DNA of 64,000 nucleotides, from positions 101,463 to 165,462 of the forward strand of contig JAANOX010000251.1 of the NCBI GenBank assembly GCA_020184695.1, in the 5' to 3' direction. Below, one piece after another: positions 35,065-46,304 of this stretch; position 1 is the stretch's first letter; each line of letters starts with the position of its first letter. The notes under the pieces are model-generated. The model was not told where the DNA came from, did not search any database, and saw nothing but the letters and a program-made list of their open reading frames with translations. The position numbers were made by a program, and so were the translations under genes. This DNA is from Histomonas meleagridis 2922-C6/04-290x. Lineage: Eukaryota > Protista > Parabasalia.

Positions 35065-36328
35065 ACAGTGCTTATTTTAGCATCTGAAAAAGGTCATACA
35101 GAAATAGTTAAATTACTTCTTGCACAAGAAGGAATTGATATTAATGCTAAAGATATTTATTTGTTTTATTTAATATTGATTTTAATAATTTTTTGTTTCA
35201 AAATAATATTTGAAAATTATTTAAATTATTTAGAACAGCACTTATATTGGCATCTCAAAATGGTCATACAGAAACAGTTAAATTACTTCTTGAACAAGAA
35301 GGAATTGATATTAATGCTAAAGATATTTATTTGTTTTCTTTAAAATTTATTTTAATAATTTAATGTTTAAAAAAAATATTTGAAAACTAATTATATTATT
35401 TGAAACTGCATTAATATATACAGCTGGATATGGTTATATAGAAATAGTCAAATTACTTCTAGAACAAAGAGGAATTAATATTAATGATAAAAATTTTTAT
35501 TTTCCATATTTAATATTTAATTTAATAATTTATTTTTTCAAAATAATAATTGGAAATTATTTAAAATGTTTGAAACAGCACTTATAAATTCATCTAAATA
35601 TGGTCATACAGAAATAGTTAAATTACTTCTTGAACAAGAAGGAATTGATATTAATGCTAAAGATATTTATTTTAATAATTTTATAGTATTTCAAAATAAT
35701 ATTTGGAAATTATTTAAATTATTTTTTACAGCACTTATGAATGCATCCCTATATGGTCATACAGAAATCGTTAAATTACTTATTGAACAAAAAGGATTTG
35801 ATGTTAATGCTAAAGATATTTATTTGTTTTATTCGAAATTTACTTTTGCAATTTTATATTTCAAAATAATATTTGGAAATTATTTAAATTATTTTATACA
35901 GCACTTATGAATGCATCTGAAAAAGGTCATACAGAAATCGTTCAATTGCTTCTTGAACAAGAAGGAATTGATGTTAATGCTAAAACTAATAATTCTTTGA
36001 TTTATTTAAAATTTATTTTAATAATTTTATATTTTAAAATAATATTTGGAAATTATTTAAATTATTTCAAACAGCACTTATGATAGCATGTCAAAAAGGT
36101 AATAAAGAAATAGAGAAATTACTTCTCGAAAAAGGTGCAACAAAAGAAAACACAGCATTTCCTTCAACAACAAATGGAAACATGTCTTTTTTTTCAAAGG
36201 ATACCAATACTTTTGGATTTTCCAGTCAAGGAAACAACGATCCAAAAGGTCTTTTTTCCTCATATTATAAGCCAGGAAATTTCTCAAATCTGAACTTCAT
36301 TTTCTCCCAAAATGATAATAAAAAATGA
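35065..36328 (+). repeat. Interrupted ankyrin array: 6 modules of 90 nt plus a terminal module with an F/S/N-rich tail
   Basis: Modules start at 35065, 35235, 35405, 35575, 35728, 35898 and 36071; spacers are 80, 80, 80, 63, 80 and 83 nt. Confidence 0.9.
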
Positions 36329-36869
36329 AATCTAAATGGGTAACTCGTTTAACCGTTTTTAAGATGGAACCTCAAAATAAAACAAAAATATCTTCATTAG
36401 TATACAATATTTTTTAAAATTTATTATACACTCATTATGAAAATAGCTATGTAATTTTTATTGATATATTATATTTAGTATTTAAAATAGATCCAAAAAA
36501 TTAGAATAATTGATTAATTATATATTCGGTCTTTTTCGATCTTGCTACAGCGATACTTGTCTGATTTTTTTTTCAGATATTAACTTCAATCATCCAATCA
36601 TTTCTATTATTTTCATAAATTATTTAAACATATATATCTTTAATAAACACCATCGAAATACGTAAATTTTACAGATGTAACAATGTGTTAAAATCATAAT
36701 GATTAAATAACAAATTAATTTGTTTTAAGTTACATCAAACTAAACAACGATATCTTTTTGTTATTAAAAAGATGCTAAACCGTTACATCTCATTCAAAAA
36801 CATTGAATTCATTTTTAACTTTTTCAAAACTTTAAGTTTGATGTATTAATTTACTATTACATTTCTTCA

Positions 36870-38048
36870 TTACGAGTTGATTAAGACATCGATCATATCC
36901 TCCCGCAAATGCACAACAGCCATTGCGTCACCGATGTACACACTAAACAATGGTGGGGGGTCTTTTTCTGGGTAACCCAGAAATGCCATTATCGTTCTTT
37001 TTTCTTTTATATAACATACACCGAATGAATGTATTCTTGGCAGCATGAACAATCCTTGATCGCTAATAGAACCATCTGATATAGAGACCGATTCTCCATC
37101 TGGCATTACATGGAACACGAACCACCACATTTTCGAAAGATCACATGCGTACATTAATGTCCATTTGTTATTTGCTTTTCCACCGAAATAAAACAAATAT
37201 TTTTCAACTTGTACCATACCAGCAGCAGATGATTGACTTGGTGGTGAAGCTCCAATACATTCTCTGATTTTTATCTCATTTGTCTCCATATTTAAACATA
37301 AAAATCCTCCGAGTTTAGATCCGCCATAACTATAAACAATGTTATCCACAGTAACAAATGGTACTGCAGCACGGCCACTGATCTGTTGTGGAATTTGGCT
37401 CCATGTCATTGTTGAAAGATCAAGAACATTTAACTCATCTGGCCATTCACCATTAAATCCTCCCCAAACAAAAAACTTATTATTACCAATGGCAACAATT
37501 GGGGATGATCGTGGCGATGGTGGCATTCCTTGCGTTTGAACATAAGCTACTTCTCCAGTTGTAATATCTATCGTATGAAGTTCTCCAAGATAATTTGGAT
37601 TACAATATCCACCAAAAACTACGACATGTGTTCCAATTAAACATGCACGAGCACCACTACGTGGACTAATTTGTTCTCCGGATAGTTTAATCTCTCGCCA
37701 TCTATTAGTGAGAGTATCAAGAGCCCAAAAGTCATTGAGTGGCTGTTCGTTTGGTGTAATTCCATACCCAATATAAACTGTATGATTATCGGGATCATCA
37801 CAATAAAATTGACCTGTGCGTGGAGCAGGTCCAAGAGAATTAGCTGCAGTGACAGACCATATTCCAGTGAATCCCGTTTTCAACACGTTGTTAACCCTAT
37901 GCATTGTTCTACATTTTGTGATAGGGGCAGGAATATCTGAATTTCTTTCGTCATTCATTCTGGACGCTCCTACAGGCATGTAAAGGTCTTCCGTGAATGG
38001 GTGTACGTAATTTGTTCCTGGGTAAGCAGTACTTGGTTGTGGACCCAT
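36870..38048 (-). CDS. Kelch-repeat protein
   Basis: Repeated PR..GG motifs (SPRSGARACLIGTHVVVFGG; SPRSSPIVAIGNNKFFVWGG; LFYFGG). Confidence 0.9.
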   Translation of the reverse strand: MGPQPSTAYPGTNYVHPFTEDLYMPVGASRMNDERNSDIPAPITKCRTMHRVNNVLKTGFTGIWSVTAANSLGPAPRTGQFYCDDPDNHTVYIGYGITPNEQPLNDFWALDTLTNRWREIKLSGEQISPRSGARACLIGTHVVVFGGYCNPNYLGELHTIDITTGEVAYVQTQGMPPSPRSSPIVAIGNNKFFVWGGFNGEWPDELNVLDLSTMTWSQIPQQISGRAAVPFVTVDNIVYSYGGSKLGGFLCLNMETNEIKIRECIGASPPSQSSAAGMVQVEKYLFYFGGKANNKWTLMYACDLSKMWWFVFHVMPDGESVSISDGSISDQGLFMLPRIHSFGVCYIKEKRTIMAFLGYPEKDPPPLFSVYIGDAMAVVHLREDMIDVLINS

Positions 38049-38190
38049 AAATTAAATTTGAATTTTGCACCACGCCATTAACGGTTTTTATGACGATAAC
38101 TTTTCTTTGAGCGTTTTTTGATAGTTTTTTGTTAATTTTTGTTACAATTTTTTTTGAAAAAACAAAAAACAAAACTTTTTTTTAATAACA

Positions 38191-41100
38191 TTAATATGGT
38201 ATTAATCTTTTGTGTGTTCTTAATGGTGAAAATGGACATACTTCAAACCACATAATCGCTTCATCCATTGCCATTACTGTTTCATTATCTTCTAAATAGA
38301 ACACGTTACCAATGATTTGTAAACCGCTGCAAAACGAAGTCATCTTTTGCAATGACATGTCAAATGGAATTTTTCCTATTTTAATGTCCCTAACGGTCGT
38401 TCCCCCATCAAATTTAATATTATTTTCGAAAGTTTTAATTGCATCTGTAGCTATAGAATTAATATTTTCTTCTTCGATGTACTTTTTTCCATTAATTGTT
38501 GAGTCTTTAGTTATAGTTAACGCTGAGATAATTTTTAATTCATTAATTTTAGGTTTTAAATAATTTAAATTATTTTCATTTATTAATTTAATTGTGGAAT
38601 TAACTAAAGATTTAATAATTGGATTATATCCACGCCACATCGCTTGATAGCAAGCGAAATAAAATGAAATTGTTATAAGTTCAATGTTAATTTCATTTAT
38701 ATTAATGTTTTGTAATATTTTAACATATGAATACGCTTCATAATAATTATAAATTTTATCTTTTAACATGTTTCGAATAATATTTAATCCATATTCAATT
38801 GCTTTTTGTTTTTCATTTCCAAGGATTAAAAGTTTTAAGTGATTAATTCCATTAATTTTCTTTGCTTTTTTAATATAAAATTCCGGATCTTTTAATCCAA
38901 ACTCATTATAAAACTTTAAGAGTTCATTTTCATCATTAAAATTAATCAACGAAACGAATTTTCGTTTTTCTTTCACATTAATTTTCTGGAATAATATATC
39001 ATAACAATTATTATACACGAAATATTTCGCAATAATTTCATTAACATTTTCATCATTAACGAAACCAAAAGTTTTCATTAATTCGATCGCCCAAATTATT
39101 TCTCCGCAATGTATTAATGTCCAAATTGCGCTTTGTAAATCGCCAATCGATAAAAAAGTTGCTGCTGAAAGTAATGGTTTCCCTTCATTTAAATATTTCG
39201 TTGATTTTTTATTAATAATTTTATATATTATATAATCGGAAATATCATCGAATTCTTCGCGTATAAATTTTTCGTTTATTTCGTTTTTTGCGTTTTTTAT
39301 TGATATCGATTTCGTTTTCGGCTGGAAATTTGTTTCTCGTAACGAAGCGATCAATAAAAAAGCGGATTCGAACTTTTCGTTTTTCATCATTTGTTGAATA
39401 GTTTCTTCGATTTTTCCCGAAGAAATCAAATATTTGTATGAGTCGTTTGTATTTGTTAACATTTTCGAACGTGAAATCAAAAGGTTTTGCCAAAACTTAT
39501 AACTCACTGCCGGTGCAAATGATAATGCGATATCATATTCACCGATCATAAACATTAACTCACAATATTTCTTTGTGTCGCCGATTTTCATACATAAATC
39601 GGCTGCTTTAAGCGCGTTTTGTTTGGCGGCTTTAGACCGTAGTAATGTGAACTGATCCTTAGGCAAAGTTGACATGAGATGTGAAATCTTTTTCTTGGTG
39701 ACTTTTATGACGTCGTTTATATGATATATATCGTCGTCATTGAACGTCACTTTTTCGTCCTGTTTGATGCGATGTATAATTTTCATGATTTGTTCCGATC
39801 CTTCGAATGGACAAAATCTGTTTGCATAATATTTGGATTCAGATGTGAATATAGAGCGAAGTTTTTCACGCGAAAAGAGCTTGTCAAGAGAAAAAGTTCG
39901 AACTGTTTCATCTTTTGAGGTCGAAAGAAGGAAAAATGGATGTTCTTTATGCATGGATAAACCATAGATATGACTGGAATGTGCATTAATCTTGCCAAGG
40001 ATTGTGAGATTTCGTGAGTCCCATAAAATAATTTTGCCATCATAGCCACCACTAATTATCAGATAATCTATATATTCACTCCAGAGTATTGCACGGGAAC
40101 ACCCTTCATGACCAAGAGATCTGTTTGTTTCCCGAGTTGTGATGTTGATTATTGATACACCTCCATCATCATCTGTAACTGCTATTTTGTTTTGTTCAAA
40201 TGGAGACCATGTTAATCCAAATAATGGATGCGCTTCTGGTGTTTTTATTTGTATATAGGCACCTCCTTCCATTCGAACATATAAAAATCCATTAATTGAT
40301 GTAAATGCTATATTTCGTTCTTTCTTAGACCATTCGATACATCGTAAATCAGAAGCTGTGTTTATAATAGTAACATCTTCTTTCTTAATTATATCATAAA
40401 TATAACATTTATGACCTGAAGCTACAGCAATTAAATTGTTATCAAAAGTGGACCACCCCACCGATAGGACCCGTTTACTTCCGAATCGCTTTTTGAATAT
40501 AACTTTCATCGTCTTTAGTGAATATAAATAAACGTTCCCCGAATCAGCTCCAGTTAAAAAATAACTACCACCAGGAGAAAAACATATACAGTAAATATGC
40601 ATATTTTTTTTGATTGGAAGAATTTTTTCTTTCCTCTTAAGAGTTGGTAATGACCATATACAAATAGTACCATCAAATGAACATGTTGCTACAATGTTTG
40701 GATCAGTAGGAAGTATACAAGAATGAAAGATTGTTCTCGTATGCGAATTATCTATTTTATATAAATAATTTCGATTAATTACATCAACAATACCAACTGT
40801 ACCATCAGAATATGTAACAATTACATTTTTGTCTGAAATTGTTAATATACTAACACATGGTGCATCTTCCAAATTAATCGTTGATGTGACAGAGCCATTG
40901 GAAATTGTCCATAAGCGAAGAATCCCATGTTCCGAATCACCTGTAATAATTTGGCCAGGAAGAGAAGGAACCCAATCACCACATTTAGTTTTGATGGTGG
41001 TGTCATTGCTTTGTGACGTAATATGAAAATTTGGTAAAACTGAATAAACGGCCCAGCAAATGTTGTCAAGAATCAGTAAACAATGTGTAGTATCAAGAGG

Positions 41101-41685
41101 ATCAAATGAAATGCAGTGGACAAAGCCTAGAGTCCTTTCGACTCGATTAAGTATTTGGTTGCGTATTTCATAAAAGCTACGATCATAACAAAATAATAAA
41201 TAATAACTTTTGATATCGGGATGTGGACAAAAACAACTGATAGCTGCTGATACCTCAATGTATTTAATAGAACCTTTTTTGTTTTTGACATCAACTGATA
41301 TGTAAAATGTAAGGATTTCTAAAAATATATAAACCTCAGAGCCACTTTGAGAATACTCCATACATGTAAACTTTCCTTCTGATAAATTGTAAAAGTTATC
41401 TTGATAAATAATTTCTTTTTGAATAAAATCAAAAATAATGAACTTGCCGGTATTATAAAAAATAGCGATTTCTGTATAATTTTTAGGTGAAAGCCTGATA
41501 CCTACAATAATTTCTTTTCCATTACAATTGAATACATCTAAGTTTAGCTCGGGAATTTTGTAAATAAATATCGAATAATGAGTGGCATATGCAAAATAAT
41601 TTTTGTTCTTGGTTACTTGATTATATCCACTATTAATAACACCGCCAGGAGCTGTAGATAATCTCCTAACAAGATTCCCAAGCAT
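38191..41685 (-). CDS. WDR17: WD40-repeat protein, WDR17-like
   Basis: Many WD repeats; C-terminus SFCSGLQIIGNVFYLEDNETVMAMDEAIMWFEVCPFSPL matches the WDR17 terminal motif as recalled. Confidence 0.75.
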   Translation of the reverse strand: MLGNLVRRLSTAPGGVINSGYNQVTKNKNYFAYATHYSIFIYKIPELNLDVFNCNGKEIIVGIRLSPKNYTEIAIFYNTGKFIIFDFIQKEIIYQDNFYNLSEGKFTCMEYSQSGSEVYIFLEILTFYISVDVKNKKGSIKYIEVSAAISCFCPHPDIKSYYLLFCYDRSFYEIRNQILNRVERTLGFVHCISFDPLDTTHCLLILDNICWAVYSVLPNFHITSQSNDTTIKTKCGDWVPSLPGQIITGDSEHGILRLWTISNGSVTSTINLEDAPCVSILTISDKNVIVTYSDGTVGIVDVINRNYLYKIDNSHTRTIFHSCILPTDPNIVATCSFDGTICIWSLPTLKRKEKILPIKKNMHIYCICFSPGGSYFLTGADSGNVYLYSLKTMKVIFKKRFGSKRVLSVGWSTFDNNLIAVASGHKCYIYDIIKKEDVTIINTASDLRCIEWSKKERNIAFTSINGFLYVRMEGGAYIQIKTPEAHPLFGLTWSPFEQNKIAVTDDDGGVSIINITTRETNRSLGHEGCSRAILWSEYIDYLIISGGYDGKIILWDSRNLTILGKINAHSSHIYGLSMHKEHPFFLLSTSKDETVRTFSLDKLFSREKLRSIFTSESKYYANRFCPFEGSEQIMKIIHRIKQDEKVTFNDDDIYHINDVIKVTKKKISHLMSTLPKDQFTLLRSKAAKQNALKAADLCMKIGDTKKYCELMFMIGEYDIALSFAPAVSYKFWQNLLISRSKMLTNTNDSYKYLISSGKIEETIQQMMKNEKFESAFLLIASLRETNFQPKTKSISIKNAKNEINEKFIREEFDDISDYIIYKIINKKSTKYLNEGKPLLSAATFLSIGDLQSAIWTLIHCGEIIWAIELMKTFGFVNDENVNEIIAKYFVYNNCYDILFQKINVKEKRKFVSLINFNDENELLKFYNEFGLKDPEFYIKKAKKINGINHLKLLILGNEKQKAIEYGLNIIRNMLKDKIYNYYEAYSYVKILQNININEINIELITISFYFACYQAMWRGYNPIIKSLVNSTIKLINENNLNYLKPKINELKIISALTITKDSTINGKKYIEEENINSIATDAIKTFENNIKFDGGTTVRDIKIGKIPFDMSLQKMTSFCSGLQIIGNVFYLEDNETVMAMDEAIMWFEVCPFSPLRTHKRLIPY

Positions 41686-41897
41686 TATAAAGCTTTAATA
41701 ATTTGCAACGATGGATATTTCTGATAAATTCGATCAAAATTCATTCAAATAACATCGTTAACTTTTGGAATTTGGAAAAGAAGTTTCTTGGAATGATGAA
41801 TTTTCTCTAAAAAATAAATCAAAAACAAGTACACGCAAGGGATAGTTTATTTATGTTGTCATTTTAGAATATTGATAATTATTCTTCATTAATGTTG

Positions 41898-42236
41898 TCA
41901 ACTATTAACAACGTTTTCTGAAACTTGATGTTCGATTTCAAGACGCAAGATTTTGTCAACAATATACCAAATTAAAACAAAGAATAATGTGATAACAAAA
42001 AATAAGAAAAGTATTTCGCAAAATAATGTGTTACCGCGAGGGCGAATTTCAGTGCGTATCTCGTGCTGTGTTTCCTTTAAACAGCTTGTTGTTTGAATTT
42101 TATCGATTTCTTCAAATTCGTCTTCATAATACACTTGATTCCACTCCTCTGCTTTGTACGTTATTGGTTCCGGTGCGAAATGAACTTTTTTATCTGGTTT
42201 TTCTTTTTGTTTAACTTGATCAACCTCAAAATTCAT
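41898..42236 (-). CDS. Small tail-anchored membrane protein with an RVxF-like motif (KKVHF)
   Basis: 112-aa ORF with a single C-terminal hydrophobic helix. Confidence 0.6.
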   Translation of the reverse strand: MNFEVDQVKQKEKPDKKVHFAPEPITYKAEEWNQVYYEDEFEEIDKIQTTSCLKETQHEIRTEIRPRGNTLFCEILFLFFVITLFFVLIWYIVDKILRLEIEHQVSENVVNS

Positions 42237-43049
42237 TTGATGATGGATTCAGTGTATTGGGGTGCCCCAAAACACGTGTTTTTGAATTGAGACATCGGGA
42301 TTTTGGGATGCCCTGTTTTTTGACGGTTTGAAATTTGAGGTGTTTTACAGATGTAAACTATAGAATATTCAATGTGGTGTGAGCGTCATCTGGAAACTGC
42401 TGAATTATGACATCGGCATGTGCGATCGCAATAACGAAAATTTTTGGATTTTATATAAATCTTATCCACTATCATACATGATTTGACACCATGAATTTTT
42501 AAACAAATTTATCTTTAATCAAAGTATATTGATATGGTCTAGATTAGACTTTAATCTATTAGATTTAATTCTAAACTGGCAAAATCTCAATTTTTTTTAG
42601 TACTAATATTAGATATCCAATTTATAAAATGCTTTAATAAATGCAAATTAAATTTTTTCAAGTCATTTTCAAGATAAATTTGTTTTAATAACATATCGTA
42701 TACTTAAAGAATTGTTTTGTTTATGTGAAAAGTGTTTTAATTCCAATTCAGAGTTAAGTGCTTTTATAATATGATATTTGTAATTCATTTTTGAGTAAAT
42801 GATTCATTATACTACCATTTTTTATATTCATATTTGATTGATTGTCTATATTCAAAATATGGTTAAAAAATTATTTGACAATTAAAAGATTTACTACCGA
42901 AAATTTCAAATATTATCTTATTATGACATAAGAACCTAAATTGCTTTACTTGAAGATGGAAAATAGTTGCCTAGATTTGATCTTTTATTTATATATGAAT
43001 TTATAAATATTAAAAAAAAAATTAATTTTATTTTACACATACAACCAGA

Positions 43050-43523
43050 TCATTTTTTTTTTGAAATACGAAGTGGTATTTTGTAAAAATCATCTTCATC
43101 TGAAAACTCGATTTGTTGTGTAAAAATAAGATTTGAATCTGTTGACATTGAATGACGATCTGAACTATTTAAATCAATTTCATCGCTATACATTCCTTGG
43201 CTTTTCTGATTCCTTTTTTCTCTTAAAAGTTTAAAAAGTAAGTGTTTTTTCCATTTTTCAAATATTTTTTTCGTTATTAAATTCTGGAATAAGAGTTCAC
43301 TAACAATAAGCTCATGTTTCTGATCAATTTTGTTTGGTAATTTCTCTTTGAATTGTTTTTTATTAAATTTTTGTAAATTATTTTTTGTGCGGTGTTGCAT
43401 TTTCCTTGACTTATATGTTCCATTGTCATAGCTGTGTACCAATTTTTTAAGTTCTTTAATTTCTGTGAATACATCTTCGTAATCTATTTCATTCATGTAA
43501 GCAAAATAAAATAAACTATTCAA
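43050..43523 (-). CDS. Hypothetical protein
   Basis: 157-aa ORF; first ATG probably MNEIDY. Confidence 0.55.
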   Translation of the reverse strand: MNSLFYFAYMNEIDYEDVFTEIKELKKLVHSYDNGTYKSRKMQHRTKNNLQKFNKKQFKEKLPNKIDQKHELIVSELLFQNLITKKIFEKWKKHLLFKLLREKRNQKSQGMYSDEIDLNSSDRHSMSTDSNLIFTQQIEFSDEDDFYKIPLRISKKK

Positions 43524-43549
43524 TTCAAAAAAAAGTTAAAAAATCAAAT

Positions 43550-44239
43550 TTATTCAATCACGACAGACTCTAGTTCTTCTAACTCTTGTTGAAGAGCCGC
43601 AATCGATGGGTCGTCGAAAACTGTAAAGGTTGACGATTGAGCTGTTATTTGAGATGAAGATGATTTAATTTCGTCATTTAACTTCATTTTCAAGTTTATG
43701 AAGTTTGTTAAAATTGTAACAAGTTCCTGAGTGAAGTTTACCTTATATTTTAATTCTTCATTTGCAAATGTAAGTTGCTCTTCATCAGCTTTCTGAGTTT
43801 CTGTATTTGCTTTATCTTGTGCACTTGCATACTTAGCTTCGCATTTAGCAATTTCAGCCTCTTTGCCTTGTGTTCGAGCTTTTTCTAATGATGCTTCGGC
43901 TTTCTTAGCAACATCACGTTGCTTGGCTGCACTTTTATTCAATGACTTAACATATTCTGACTGTTTATACATTGCAGAATATAAGTCTTTAATTTTTTGC
44001 ATTTGTTTTGGAAATTCACTAAATTCTGTTAAAAAATTTTGAGTGTTATTTGCAATTTTAGTTCCTTCGTGAAAAATTGATGAGAGTGTTGATTTGAAAT
44101 CAGGTTGTGAATCAATGATTTCTGTTGAAGATACACCAAAAGTAACTTTTTCACTTTCTATGATTTCGAGGGCTATTTGGCGAAGCTTTTCATATGATTT
44201 GATTAATTTCTCGCATTCCTGGAATTTGGATTTGTACAT
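43550..44239 (-). CDS. Coiled-coil protein, BAR-like
   Basis: 229-aa all-helical charged ORF. Confidence 0.7.
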   Translation of the reverse strand: MYKSKFQECEKLIKSYEKLRQIALEIIESEKVTFGVSSTEIIDSQPDFKSTLSSIFHEGTKIANNTQNFLTEFSEFPKQMQKIKDLYSAMYKQSEYVKSLNKSAAKQRDVAKKAEASLEKARTQGKEAEIAKCEAKYASAQDKANTETQKADEEQLTFANEELKYKVNFTQELVTILTNFINLKMKLNDEIKSSSSQITAQSSTFTVFDDPSIAALQQELEELESVVIE

Positions 44240-44410
44240 TTTAAATTATTTTTAATGTCCAGTGTCACTTTTTATTTTTTGATTTCTTCACATAAGTTAT
44301 AATATGTTATAATAAACTTTTCAAAAAGTTAGAAACGTTTTCAAGACAAAAAAAAAAATTGGGGCAGCCCGAACAAATATATTTAAACGGTCACTGACCA
44401 CCAATTAACA

Positions 44411-45823
44411 ATGTTTCTTTGTTTCTTCTTTTACTCAATTTCTTCAAAAGCAGTCAAAGCAGGAAACAAAAACTTTATTACCACAGTCAAGAAGAATCCA
44501 TATTCCGTTGTCCTCTTCACAAGTCCACATTGTTTTCAATGTAGAAGAATCATTTCAACCATGGATGACCTCTCTGTGAAATACAATAGAAAGGTTGGCA
44601 TGGTGTTTGTTGATGTTACTGAATCACAAGAGATTGTTTCCAAATATGGTATTCAATTTTCTCCACAAATTGTTATTTTCCATCACGATGTTCTTATTAA
44701 AAAATACTACGGAGAATGGAACCTTCATTCATTAACGAATCTATGTGAAAAACTCCTTTCTTCCGATATTACATATCTTAACAGCACCTTTGATGTCTTC
44801 AAATTCCAACACAAAGGTCGTGCCAACCTTATTCTTTCTTCAGACTTAGCTAATCAAGCCGACAAAATTCTTTTCAAATATGGGGGCGCATTTCACATTG
44901 GCGTTATTGACAATGATTCCATTCTTGAGCAACTTGACATACCCAATTCTATCATTACACGACCAAAGGAATCTTTTACACATGAAATCACCAATATTGA
45001 TAATGAAGATTTAATTGAATTATCCACAACACCATTTGTCCACGTGAAAAACGCCGAAATTGCTGGTTCATCCACCACTCCCAACACACTTTTTGCACTT
45101 ATTGATTGTAGTGATGAATCACATATTTATGAGACGATTCGCCGAATGAAGTTAGCGCGCGAACATTTTGGCCAAAACATTTCCTTCCAATACTGCGACT
45201 TCTTTACCTGCGAAACCATATCGAAGCAAATCGGCATCATCAGTTATGCACAGCCCGTATTTCTTCTCAATATTAAGACTCCAAATGGACAGCAAATGCT
45301 TGAGCCATTCCGCAAAGTCATAAATAAGCCACCAGAACTTCTTCGCTGGCTTCGCTCACGTATTGAAGGCGTTCCAGAAGAAGAAATCGAAGAAGCTGCT
45401 GCTGAAGAAAGCGAAGAAGAAAAAGAAGAGAAAATCGAACTCCCGATTTTACATGGAAATGAATTCATGATAAAGGCACTTAACCCTAACATCGACGCAG
45501 TGCTATTCGTAGCTAACGATGACATGCCAATGTACCAGCAGACGAAGAAGAGATTGTACCAAATGATGAAATTGTTCGAGCCGCTGAAAACCGTAAAATT
45601 CTTTGAATTCGATCCCGAGGAAAATGTGCCAGGGCTGAATATGCCTATGTCCGGTTTGCCACAAGTATCAGTGTGGCCAGCTTCAAAGGAATATAACGGA
45701 AGCTCATTCACAGCTTGCACGACGTTGCAAAATATATTGGAAAATTTGTTGAAGTTGATAAAAACAGAAGTAAGTGATGAACTGGCTGCAGAAATGATGG
45801 AGCAACTACAGGGAATGGAATAA
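44411..45823 (+). CDS. Thioredoxin/PDI-like secretory protein
   Basis: Signal peptide, FTSPHCFQC (CxxC) Trx domain, further Trx-like folds; TCAC upstream. Confidence 0.8.
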   Translation: MFLCFFFYSISSKAVKAGNKNFITTVKKNPYSVVLFTSPHCFQCRRIISTMDDLSVKYNRKVGMVFVDVTESQEIVSKYGIQFSPQIVIFHHDVLIKKYYGEWNLHSLTNLCEKLLSSDITYLNSTFDVFKFQHKGRANLILSSDLANQADKILFKYGGAFHIGVIDNDSILEQLDIPNSIITRPKESFTHEITNIDNEDLIELSTTPFVHVKNAEIAGSSTTPNTLFALIDCSDESHIYETIRRMKLAREHFGQNISFQYCDFFTCETISKQIGIISYAQPVFLLNIKTPNGQQMLEPFRKVINKPPELLRWLRSRIEGVPEEEIEEAAAEESEEEKEEKIELPILHGNEFMIKALNPNIDAVLFVANDDMPMYQQTKKRLYQMMKLFEPLKTVKFFEFDPEENVPGLNMPMSGLPQVSVWPASKEYNGSSFTACTTLQNILENLLKLIKTEVSDELAAEMMEQLQGME

Positions 45824-46304
45824 AAGTACAGAGTTAAATAAAAGCTTTTATTTTATGTTGTTTAAGTCTCTTTGATACATTAACAAATGTGTGATTTGCT
45901 AAAAATTTGAATTTTTTTTAATATTTTCTAATTTTTAATATCTGTATGTGAAAAAATAAACTCAATGCTTGATTGGATTCTTTAGAGAATTTAAAAAATT
46001 TAAAAATTTGAATTGATCATTTAGCCGAATTTATAAATTGAATATGCAAATTATTAACCAAAGGATCTTTACTTTTTTGAGATAAGTTATAGAAGTTATT
46101 TTTCTTTGCGCGTTTTTAACGAAAGCGAAAGATTTTATCTGTACGTTAAAAATCTTTTCAATTTCCTGATATTTACATAAAAGTGCCTTCTGCGTTAACG
46201 TCCGATAATTTGGATTTTTCTATCGTTTATTATCTCTTTCAAATTTGAAAGAGGTTAGAGGTTTGGAACGTTTTAAATCGCTGTCACTTTTGAAAAAGAG
46301 CGAA

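Noticed and set aside
35152-35236. AT-AC (U12-type) intron or TA-bounded IES-like excision
   Set aside because: AT..AC joining is out of frame, the ATATCC/TCCTTAAC signals are absent, and TA positions are not consistent across spacers.
35155-35238. Canonical GT-AG intron from TTGTTTT to ACAG
   Set aside because: Joining these gives a frameshift and deletes the Thr of TAL. Several spacers lack a 5-prime GT, module 35405 starts ACTGCA with no AG, and no ACTAAC branch motif is present.
42269-42282. Palindrome AAAACACGTGTTTT upstream of the 42236 gene
   Set aside because: It could be a promoter element, but one short palindrome cannot be supported from sequence alone.
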